From Thermoanaerobaculia bacterium (GTDB lineage: Bacteria; Acidobacteriota; Thermoanaerobaculia; Multivoradales; JAGPDF01), in contig CAWDWZ010000005.1 of the NCBI GenBank assembly GCA_963806165.1, positions 12,394 through 76,393 of the forward strand: DNA of 64,000 nucleotides, read 5' to 3'. Positions 18,201 through 28,600 of the stretch are shown here, one piece after another. The notes beneath the pieces were generated by a model, which saw only the letters and a list, made by a program, of their open reading frames with translations, searched no databases and was not told the origin of the DNA. Numbering within the stretch: position 1 is the first letter of the stretch; each line of letters starts with the position of its first letter. The position numbers and the translations under genes were made by a program.

Positions 18201-21200
18201 CCAGGGCGTAGGCGAACTCGCCGTCGCCCGAGGTGAAATTCCAGTAGAGCCGGTTGTAGACCGGGCGCGCCGAGGTGTTGGTGTTGGAGTTGTCGCGCCC
18301 GCGCAGCAGCGCGAGCTCCTCGGCGAGGAGCGAATCGAGCTGATTCTGGAAGGCGAAGATGGTCGGCGCGAGCGTGCCGTAGACTTCGCCGTCGGTGCCG
18401 AAGCCGATCATCGGATCCTGCGCGTCGGCGTAAGCCTCATTGCCGAGCAAGGTGTAGAAGTCGGCGATCCGCGACGCGACCAGCAGGAGCGCCTGGTTCG
18501 CCGGCGCGTAGTCGATCGGCGGCGTGCCGTCGATCGACAGGTTCCTGCCGCGATTCAGCACCGTGGTGTAGGCCTCGATGAGCCCGATGCTGTTCAGATT
18601 GTCGGCGTCCGGGTTGAAGGCGATGTCCCCCTCGTAGCGCTCGCCGAGTTGGACGAGCATGCTCGCGTAGGTGTTCGTCTCCGCGGCGTGGAAGTCCTGG
18701 ACCCGCGCGTTGAACGGATTGAGGCCGCGCACGACTCTCTTGATCCAGCCTTCGGCAAGCTGGGCCCGCGGGTCGAGGGCGGTCGAGCCGGGCTGGCCGG
18801 CGAAGACGCTCCAGTCGCCGCCGCACAGCGGCGCGTCGTCGCTGGTGCCGTCGATGCCGTCGGCGCCGGCGTCCATCGGCGGGTCGACATAGCGATAGCG
18901 GGTCACGAACCAGTTGTCGGAGAGCGTCTGGATGTTGGCGCCTTCGATGGTGATGTCGATCGCTCCCACCGGGTCCGGAACGTGGGTGAACTGCAGCCAG
19001 CCGTTTAGCTGTCCGTTGTCCGGGTCCGGCAGCGGCGTCGGCGGCAAGCCGCCCTCGTCGGGGTGCATGAACCACTCGAACTCGATGCCGTCCACGCTGC
19101 CGGCGAAGTCGCCGCTGTGGCGCAGGGTCAGCGATTCGGCGAAGACGTTGTCTGGCGTCAGCACGTTGATCTGACCCTGGTAGGTGCTCTCCTGGTCGGG
19201 CGGAATCTGCAGACACTCGACGCGGATGACGTTCAGGCTCACCGGCAGCGGGTTGAGCGAGGCGTCGTTGTTGAAGGCGAGCGTCACGAAGCCGGTGCCC
19301 TGCGCGAAGCCGGCGGTGAGCGCCGGCGTGAAGCCGACGACCTGGAGCGGCTCCGGGACGCCGTCGCCGTCGGTGTCCTGCATGCCGAGCAGCAGGGCGT
19401 TGTCGACCGTGCCGTCCGGCGCCGTCGGGCAGACGACGACCGGCACGATGAGCCCGGTCGTCGGGTCGACCTGGTTCTCGAGATGGCAGCGATCGGCCTC
19501 GAGGTCGAGGTCGAGCCGGTTCGGATTCCGGGTCAGCCGGTAAAGGGTTTCGATCGCCTGGTCCCACGAGCAGTTCGCAGCCAGCGAGTCGCAGTTGCCG
19601 GCGAAGTCCGCCGCCTCGCTGCCGTCCCCGCCGTCGAGCATGCTTCAAGCGCACGCGCTCGCTCTGGGTCATGACGTTGATGAGCAGGAGCGGATCACCC
19701 GCCCCGCTCTCGTCGAGGATGCCTTCGAAGATCAGCTTCTTGTTCAGCGGGTCGTACGAGATCCGCTGCACGATCGAAGCCGGCAGCTGGATCGTGCCGG
19801 TCGAATCGGAGTAGGGAATGAGCTTGCCGGTGACCGGGTCGAGAGTCGTCGCGATGCTGCCCGGAATGGCGTTCAGACTGACGAAACGCTGCCCCAGCGG
19901 GTCGATCAGCCGCACCAGCGACTTGGTCGGGTCGTAGACGAGATTGTCCACCGTCCGCTGCTGCTTCTCGTCGAAGACGATCTCGACCGCCGCCTGGGCG
20001 GCGATCTCGGGCAGGCCGCGCTTCGCGCCGAGAAGCGTTTCGCCGACCACCAGGACCGGCGCGTTCGTCGGCCAGATGATGTTGTACGTGACGTCCACCG
20101 GATCGTCGGCGATGCCGCCGAGCCAGGCGATGCAGGAGGGGCTCGAGGCGTCGGCGACCCCGTTGGCGTCGCGGTCGTAGTAGAAGGTCGGCTGCAGCGG
20201 GTACCAGTACTCGGCGACCAGTGTGCCGGCCGACTTGGCCCAGACCTGGTTCTTGTAGTCCTTGAACGCCGGCTTGCCCTTCGCCGCGCTCTGCGGGCAG
20301 TTGCCGAGCAGCCGCACGGGATAGGGAGCGAAGACCGCGTTTCCCGCCGTGCCGGAATACTGGAACGTGTTGTAGCCGCCGCCGGTGGCCACCACCTGAT
20401 ATGCGCGGTAGGCCCACTTCTGGTTGTCGGTCCGGACGTACTTGAGCAGGGTGTACGGTTTCGACGTCTTGTTGCGCTCGGCGTCGCTGAAGTCGCTGCG
20501 CAGCGCGAAGATCGCGTTGAAGCCGCTCGAGGAGTTGGCCGGCGCGAAAATGGCGTGCTCGTCGTTCGGGTTGAATCCCGCCTTCGTCGGATCCGGCTGG
20601 TTGTAGATCCGCATGCCGGTGAAGACCAGCGGGTCGAGCGGCGTCTGGCCGAGGACCTCGGAACCCAGCTCGCTCGCGATGATGATCTTGTCCGGCGCGG
20701 CCGGCCACTGGCAGTCGTAACGCTTCGACTTCACCGGCCAGGCCACCGTGCGGACGTCTTTCTTGTACCAGGCGACGGCCATGAGGTCCAGGCCGTCCGA
20801 GTCGATCGGCACTTGATTGACCGGCACGATCTGGCCGAGGCGGGTGGCGCGGTCGTACGCTCGATCCGCTCCTTCGCCGTCGAAGTAGGAACGCTCGAAG
20901 ATCACGAAACCGTTCTTCCCGCCGTGCTCCTCGTGCGTCGGCTCGAGGATCTCCTCGCCGATCCTGCAGGTTGCGCCGTCGGTGAAGACCGGCTGGCCGC
21001 CGATCGAGAGTCCGGTGTCGTAGGGCAGCGTGCGGACGATCTGGATGATGGGTGGATGGGTCTGGAGATCGCGCGACGGCGGGAAGCCGGTGAACAGCAG
21101 GACGCTGTAGCCGGGCGCCGTGGCGGTGAAGCGCGACTGGAACTCGCCGCCGACGTTGACGGCGGCGTCGGTGCTGCGATCCGCGATCGACAACGCCACC

Positions 21201-23753
21201 TGGATCGAGAAAGCGATGCCGCTGCCTGCCGGCTCGATGTCGACGGGGGCGCCCGAGATGTGCGGCTGAATGCACGATCCCGGCGCGACGAGGGGCAGCG
21301 GAGGCGGGGCTTCGCCGCAGTAGAAGAGCTCTCCGGTGTCCGGGTGGCGAGGCCAGTCGCTGAGTCCGGTCTGCACGACCCGGCTCGGGTCGGTGAGCGT
21401 GCAGGTCACTTTCCACTTGACCTCGGCGGCGACCGGCTGCACCGCGTAGAGGTGGCCGTGGTTGTCGGCCGGGAGGCTGGCACCCGGCGGGCTCCAGTAG
21501 AAGAAGTTCTGCAGGGCGGGTCCGCCGCCCGCGATGACGATGTCGGGCACGGCGGCGACCGGATCGGTGAGGCAGCCGGCGCCGGGGGGCGGCACGACCT
21601 CCGTGCCGACGACCCAGTGCTGGAAGTCCACTTCGAACCAGACGCCGGTCGTCGCATTCGAGGTTGGCGACGAAGACGTCGCTGCCGCCCTGGGTCGGGA
21701 GATCCACCGTTCCGAAGCGCGTCGTGTCGTTGTAGTCGCCCACGACATAGAGCTGACTGTTCACGCCGGCGGCGACGCCGCCGGCCGTCTCGGTGCCTCC
21801 GGCGGGGGTCGCCGTCTGGACCCAACGCCACTTCGAGCCCGCCGCCGCGATGCGCGCCACGAAGAGGTCGCGCGCCCCACCGAACGCCGGCAGAGTCACC
21901 GGGCCGGTCGTCGAGGAGTCGTTCGCCGGGTCGCTCTGCACCGGATCGAAGGTGGTCGTGAGCGACGCATATTGACCGAAGAGGAAAGCGTCGCCGCCGG
22001 CGGCCAGTGCGACGGCCTTGCCCTGGCCGCCGGTCGCGCCACGCACCCAGTTCCAAGCGAAGCTCCCGCCGTTGTCCTGCAGGCGTGCGAGGAAGGCGCC
22101 GTTGGTGGTCAGCGTCTGGCCGCCGAACGTCGAAGGGGCATTCTCCGAGGTGCCGGCGACGAAGAGCTTGCCGGCGTTGTCCACCGCGAGCCCGCCCACC
22201 GAGACTCCCTGACCCATCGGGGTCGCCCACTGCCAGAAGGGCGTATTGACCTCGGTGCCGCCGATCTTGGCGATGAAGGTCGATGGCTTGCCCTCGGGCA
22301 GCGCGATCGGATTGAGCGTCGCGAGTCGATGATCGGAGATCCCCGCCAGATCGGGCAGGAACCAGGAGCTCGCGCCGGCGTGGGGGTCGCCGGTGGAGAT
22401 CGACCAGGGCGTGCTTCCCGACTGGGACGAGACGCCCCACTTGCCAGCCCCCGATTCGACGTCGTCGGTGAACAGGACGTTGGAGGCGCCGTCACGAACC
22501 GTGACGTCGTCCACCCGCCAGCCGGTTCCCGCGACGCCCGTGCCGGCCCCAAAGCGCCAGCGCAGGCGCAGGCTCTGTCCGGCGAAATCTTCGAGGTCGG
22601 CCGTCACATGCTGGTATCCCGAGGAGCCGAAGCAGAAACCGCTGCGATTGCCGAGCGGATTGCTCTCCGAGGTCGTGATGGTGCCGTTGTAGCCGTTGGC
22701 GGTGAAGCGCGCGGGGTTGCCCGCCGACGTCGTCGGATCGTTGTCGCCGGCGCCGGAGAGAATGTCGTACCAGTTCACCGCATCGGTGGTGTATTCGAGC
22801 ACTCCGCCATCCCAGCAGGTCGAAGTTCCGTCGCCATCGAAGCTGTACTTCTGCCAGTAATCGAGCGTACCGCCGGCCGCGACGCCGGTGAAAGGAAGAA
22901 CCGTCGGCGACGGTGTCGCCAGGCTGGAGCTCTCGAGATAGACGCCCGAGACGTAGACCAGCCCGTTGGTATCGACGGCCACGCCCGTCAGCCATTCGCT
23001 GGCGTTCGCCTGCCCGGCCTCGAGGGCCCAGAGCCAGTTGCCCGCCGTATCGATCCGCACCGCGAGACCCGAGGGCTTGCCGCAGGTGACGCTGCTGCCG
23101 ATCGGCGAGATATCGCCGTCGCCCTCGTAGAGATGCGGACAGCTGGTGCGACCGACGGCGATCACGCCGTCGGCGATCGGATTGTTCGGATCCTCCACTC
23201 CCGGAGCGATCGCGATGCCGAAACCCTCGTCCTGACCGGGGCCGCCGATCTGACGCGCCCAGGCCCAGTCGCCGTTCGCCTGCAGGCGAGCGATGAACCA
23301 CTCGTGCCGGTCCGGCGTGTCGCCGTTGCCGGCGTCGGGGAGGTTCACCGAGCCGACGCCGCTCCCGGGGAGATTGTCGAACGACGCCGAGGTCGTGAAG
23401 TAGCCGGTGAGGTAGACGTTCTGCGCAGCGTCCACCGCGATGGCTGTCGCACGGTCGACCGAAGGGCCGCCGGCGGTGCGCACGAAAATGAGCGCCCCGT
23501 CCGGGGAGTACTTGGCGACGAAGAGATCCGAGAGACCCTGGGCCGAGTACTGGGTGCCGCCGAAGGAGGCGACGCCGCGGAACTCACCGGCGACGTAGAT
23601 GTTGCCGCTCTGGTCCGCAACGGTTGCGAAGGCCGAGTCGTTCAGGGGCCCGCCACCGCTGGCGGGCCAGAGAGCGAAGCTCGCCGGAGCCATCGCGGCG
23701 AGCGCGAAAGCGAATTTTGCGGCAAGAACGCGTGACGGGTGCGCGATGATCAT
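15202..23753 (-). CDS. Giant secreted protein (~2849 aa after removing two 1-nt insertions): SBBP-type propeller N-terminus, unknown middle, TcA-toxin-like channel and C-terminal region
   Basis: Joined from track ORFs 19695..23780, 18437..21748 and 15202..19641, with frame changes at ~21657 and ~19641. GGAGG RBS before ATG 23753 and a signal-like leader. SBBP 'GNIYVAGEF..SDLFVAKY' repeats. C-terminal long helices around the hydrophobic tip 'IPDSFVAGLAAGGDVFSG', then 'FDLAARYAYLAATAYDYET' and 'VKDIQLFFSTYAY'. Gene model is well supported; function is inferred. Confidence 0.7.
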
Positions 23754-23811
23754 GAGCCCTGCCTCCCGGTACAGCTCCACGAATACTCGGACAACATTTT
23801 CGAACTCACGC

Positions 23812-25587
23812 TCACTGGTTCAGAACCGGCGATGCCGAGGTACGGCTGAGGAGGAACCTGCCCTCCACGACGATGTCGTTGCGATGCAGGCCCCCGATAC
23901 GTTCGTGGTACTCCCCTCCCATGACGTTCGCGCCGAAGCTCGCTTGCGACGCCCCGGTGGGATCGGAGTCCGAAAACGCGAACGTCATTTCCCGCGTCAC
24001 CGGATAGGCCTCTTCCAGAAACTGCGTGTAGAGCTCGTTGAGGTTGTTGTGGTCAGGATGGAACTTGTGACGGAACGGATTGGTCGGCGACTCGGCACCC
24101 AGAGTGATCGACGCGGAGAGCACTCCGGTCGTCCCGAAGGAGCCCGTCATCGCCAGGAATTGCGGATCGAAGTCGTACGCGGTCGTGCTCACCCGGTAGC
24201 CGACAGGTTCGCCGTCGCGCAGCAGCGCGCCGGTGAAATTCGGGATCAGATTCTCGTCGGTCAACAGCGCGTAGTGCCCGGGCTCGTCGATCAGGAAGAG
24301 GCCCGGATGCTCGGGATCGGGAATGCGTGTCCCCTCCTTCCAGAGCTCGATGACCTCTTTCAACAGGCGGGCCGTGCCGTTGGCGTCGACATGGATCAGG
24401 ACCCGGAAGGTAAAGGGGCCACCGGTCGGGGTCGGGGTCTCGGATCCGGTCTGGGCCTGGCTGACGAATCCCACGGACACCTTGCCGACCCAGAGTCCGG
24501 CGAGCGGGTTGGAGTTCGGCGCGGTGAAAGGCCTGGCCTGGTTGCCGCCGGCCACCGCACGCCGGCCCTCGAATGGCGCCGGGGCGTAGACACCGCGGGC
24601 GGTCACGGCCAGCAGGCGGCGGAAACCGAAGCCATCTTTGATCTCGATAACGGTGCCCACTTCAGGCTGGGTGAAGCTCGCCCGGCGGGGCGCCAGGTCG
24701 ACCAGCCACTCGCTCCCCTGCGCCACCGCCTCGCTCAAAGTCGCGGGCAGCGCCGGCCAGCTGCTCTCGGCCGTATCGATATCGAACTCGAAGATCGAGA
24801 GCGGGATCGGCGCCGAGCCGGGCAGCTGGTGGAGAGTGATCTCCGCCGGCGTCGTCGAGAGATTCCGGATCCGCACCCGGGAGGTGTCTCTGCCGCCGCC
24901 GAAATCCATGCTCTTGCCCGCTTCGAGGTCGATCGCGACCGGCCCGGTGTAGTCGGAGGGTCCTTTGCAGAAGACCCAATAGGCCTCCCCCGAGTGGATC
25001 GTGGTGCCGTACGGATTGGCGACCTCCTGCCACTCGCCGCCGACCAGCTGGTAGATCGGTTGCCCGACATGCGCCGGAGAGGGCGCGAGATACTGCCCGA
25101 AGGTCGGCTGCTGCTGCGGATCGACCGGGAATCCGACCAGATTGAAGCTGTCCGGAGCCCAGCGGAAAGTCTGGACCTCCGGAGCCCCGGTCACCGTCCA
25201 GGTCACCGGCAGGTTGCCGTCGATCTTCAGAAGATAGGCGCGGTTCGCCTGCACCGCGAAGAGATTGGTCAGGATCGACTCCGGCCGCGGACGCGGGAAG
25301 TAGCCCAGCCACTGCGGGCTCGGCGCCAACTGTTCCGCCGGATTGTCGACGAATTCGACCTTGGGGCCGGCGGAGTTCCAGGTCCAGGCACTGGCGAGCG
25401 GCAGACCCCCGAAAACCGTCTCGGAGTCGTTCGCCGCCGGTCGCACCTCGAGAAAGACCGAGTTCCATCCCGGTTGCAGCACGAAGGTTTGGGTGACATC
25501 CGCCACGCCGGCGTGCGCCTCGGCCGCGCAGGCAGCACCCAGAATCAGCAGCGAAATCGAACGCAATAGTCGAGCGGTCAAGGTCAT
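23812..25587 (-). CDS. Secreted uncharacterised beta-rich protein, 591 aa
   Basis: Signal peptide ending 'AEAHA'. 'QTFVLQPGWNSVFLEV' and 'FNLVGFPV..GEAYWVF' pseudo-repeat. C-terminal 'NPFRHKFHPDHNNL'. Codon usage matches neighbours. Confidence 0.8.
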   Translation of the reverse strand: MTLTARLLRSISLLILGAACAAEAHAGVADVTQTFVLQPGWNSVFLEVRPAANDSETVFGGLPLASAWTWNSAGPKVEFVDNPAEQLAPSPQWLGYFPRPRPESILTNLFAVQANRAYLLKIDGNLPVTWTVTGAPEVQTFRWAPDSFNLVGFPVDPQQQPTFGQYLAPSPAHVGQPIYQLVGGEWQEVANPYGTTIHSGEAYWVFCKGPSDYTGPVAIDLEAGKSMDFGGGRDTSRVRIRNLSTTPAEITLHQLPGSAPIPLSIFEFDIDTAESSWPALPATLSEAVAQGSEWLVDLAPRRASFTQPEVGTVIEIKDGFGFRRLLAVTARGVYAPAPFEGRRAVAGGNQARPFTAPNSNPLAGLWVGKVSVGFVSQAQTGSETPTPTGGPFTFRVLIHVDANGTARLLKEVIELWKEGTRIPDPEHPGLFLIDEPGHYALLTDENLIPNFTGALLRDGEPVGYRVSTTAYDFDPQFLAMTGSFGTTGVLSASITLGAESPTNPFRHKFHPDHNNLNELYTQFLEEAYPVTREMTFAFSDSDPTGASQASFGANVMGGEYHERIGGLHRNDIVVEGRFLLSRTSASPVLNQ

Positions 25588-25624
25588 CGTCGGCTCTCCG
25601 GCTTTCCACTCACGTTCCTGATTC

Positions 25625-28600
25625 TCATGGGACGATCACGCTCCACCGGCTGGTGTTTCCGGTCTCGAATCCATCCGCGAACAGGGTCGGCACGAGCGCC
25701 AGGTTGTCCAGCCGCACGTCGTAGGGGTCTCCCAGCGCGCTCAAGACGTTGAAGTTGACCCGGACCGCCGTGGCGGTGGGTGGGGCCAGTCCGAGCGGCC
25801 GTGCGAAGCGTCGCCAGAGTCCGGCGGTGTCGCCCTCGACCGGCGCGGTCTGGATGGCGCTCAGGACCGCGGTCGGCAAGGCACACGGTCCGATGATGAA
25901 CTCGCCCTGCGCCCAGACCTGCACCGGCGAACCGGTCCCGGCAGCGATCCGGGTTTCACCGGCAAGCAGATAGGAGCCATCCGGAGGCAGCGGCGTGCAC
26001 TGCACGAGCCGCAGGCTCATCGCGCCCGAGAGATTCTGCAGCCGGGCCGAACCGGAGAGCGCGAAGCCGTCGGCATCGACCGGATCCCGGACGATGTCCG
26101 ACGGGCCGCCCGCGAAGAGCGTCCAGCCGTCGAGATCGGTCGCGAAATCGAAATAGGGGCGATCGACGAGATTGGCGATCCGGACGCGGAAGTGGCGGAT
26201 GAAATCGTCCCCGGGGGTGCCGTCGCCGTTGCCATCGAGAGGATTGCCGTCGAGATCCTGGACGCCGGTGCCGCAGACGAACAGGCGGAAGAGCCCGTCC
26301 GCGAGCGGGATGCCGCCGTGGATACCAAGCGTTACGACGAAGGTCCCGCTGTCGTAGGTCGCGGAGTCGACGGCGATCCCACGGTCGTCGCCCTGGACCG
26401 GGCCGCAGGCGGCGGTCGCGAACAGACCGTCCGGCCCGGCCTCGACCAGTTGGTAGCTGGCCGGATTGGTCACGTCGTGGGGATCGCTGTCGCCCACCGG
26501 ATCGAAGAGAGCCTCGCTGAACCCGGCGTCGATCTCGACGATCTCTCCGAGCGCGGTCTCCATCTCGTCGAGCACGCCGTCGCCGGTGTCCGCGAAGGTG
26601 TCGATCAGGGTGATCGTCGGCGGATCGACGAAGACCACCGCGAACGGCACGGTGCCGGTGTTGTTGCCGGCGTTGGAATCGGCGCTCGCCGCCGAAACGG
26701 TGGCGCCGTTGACGAAGTTGCCCGCCGTGGGCGGCGCGTCGGCGTCGAGCAGGATCGTCGCGCTCGCGCCCGGAGCGAGGCTCGCGAGCGTGCAGGTCAC
26801 CGACGTCGGAGTCGGGGTGCAGACCCAGCCGGCTCCCGCGGCGCCCGTGATCGTCATGCCGCTCGGCACGAGATCGATCACCGAGAGGGCGGTCGCGACG
26901 CTCGGTCCGTTGTTGGTCACCGCGAGGGTGAACTGCATCGGGTCGCCGACCTCGACCAGCGCGTCGGCGACCGTCTTGACCAGCGAGAGGTCCGCCGTCG
27001 GCACCAGCAGATCGCTGTCGGTGGACGAGTTGTCGCCCGAGTCGGGATCGCTGACCCCCGCCGCGGCGGTGACGGTCGCGGTGTTGACCAGCAGGCCGGT
27101 GGCCGCCGGATCGATGGTCGCCGCGAGGGCGAAGACGACGTCGCTCGCGGCCGGCAGCGACACCAGCTCGTCGTTGAGGCCGCCGACACCCGAGGCGCTG
27201 CAGCTCCCGCCGAGATGGCCCTGACAGGTCCAGCTCGCGCTGGTGATCGGCGCCGGAAGCAGGTCGTTCACTGCGCTCGCCGGGGCGGCGCTCGGCCCGG
27301 TGTTGGTGACCGTGATCAGGTAGACCGCGGCCGATCCGGGAACCGCCTCGGTGGCGCCGTCGGTCTTGTTCACGGCGAGGTTCGCGACCGGCGTGAGCGT
27401 GTCGGTGTCGGTGGCGCTCGTGTCGCCGAGATTCGTCGTCCCCAGAGGCATCGCGACCGTGACCGTGTTGATCAGCTGGCCGGTGGCCGCCGAATCGACC
27501 GTACCGAGGGCCGAATAGGTCACCGTCCCGCCGACCGCCAGGCCCACCGTGTCCGCGATGTCGGCATCTCCGGCCGCGGCGCAACTCGCCTGGCCGACGC
27601 GGGTGAGCACGGCGATCGCATCGCCCAGCTCGCCCACCGCGTAGAGGTCGTCGCCGTCCGGGGCGACCTCGATGGCGCGCGCACCGTCGAGTCCAGAGAA
27701 ACCGGCGACGCCGTTGCGCGCCGCCTGCAGCTCGATCAGGAGGCCGGTCAGGCCGTCGCGCTGGAAGGCCACGACCGCGTCGTCGTTGTAGCTCGTCGCG
27801 AACAGGAAGAGACCGTCCGGGGTCATCGCCAGGCCGCGGACGCCGTCGAGACCGGTGATTCCGGCCTGGCCGTTCTTCGCCTGGCCCAGGTAGGTGAGCT
27901 CGCCCGATTCCGTGTCGCGTCCGAAGATCGCGATGGCGTCGTCCGCGAGCCCCGCCGCGTAGACGAAGCGACCTCCGGGCGAGACCAGCAACGCCTGGAC
28001 GAGGTCGAGACCGTCGACGCCTCCGACTCCGTCGCGCATCACTTGCTGAAGCGCAACGGCGCCGGTGCCGGCGTCGCGGGCAAAGGTCGCCAGGGTATCC
28101 GAGAGCGCGCCGGCCACCATGACCTGGGCGCCGTCGGGCGTCACGGTCACGGCGACGGGGCCGTCGATCGTCCCGAGATCGAGATCGCCGAAGCCGTCCT
28201 TGACACGCATCACGAAGGTCAGCGCGCCGGTGCCCGCATCACGGGAGAAGACCGCCAGCGCGTCGTCGTCGGCGCTCGCCACATAGACGTTCTTGCCGTC
28301 GGGCGAGAGCGCCACCGCGGTGGCGCCGTCGAGTCCATCGACCGCCGGGTCGGACTCGCGCTGCACCTCGACGGCGGTCAGCACGCCCGTCACGGCGTCG
28401 CGGGCAAAGACCGCGACGGCGTCGTCGGTCGTGCCGGTGGCGTAGAGATTCTTGCCGTCGGGCGAGATCGCGATACCCCCCGCCCCGCCGAAGCCATCGA
28501 GCCCGGCGACGCCGTCGACGTAGCTCGTGAGGAAGGCGAGCTCGCCGGTGCCGGTGTCGCGCGCGAAGAGATCGATGGCGTTGCTGGCGTGCGACGCCAC

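Noticed and set aside
19635-21662. Programmed ribosomal frameshifting in the giant gene
   Set aside because: No slippery heptamer or obvious stimulatory structure; similar indels in DUF885 favour sequencing error.
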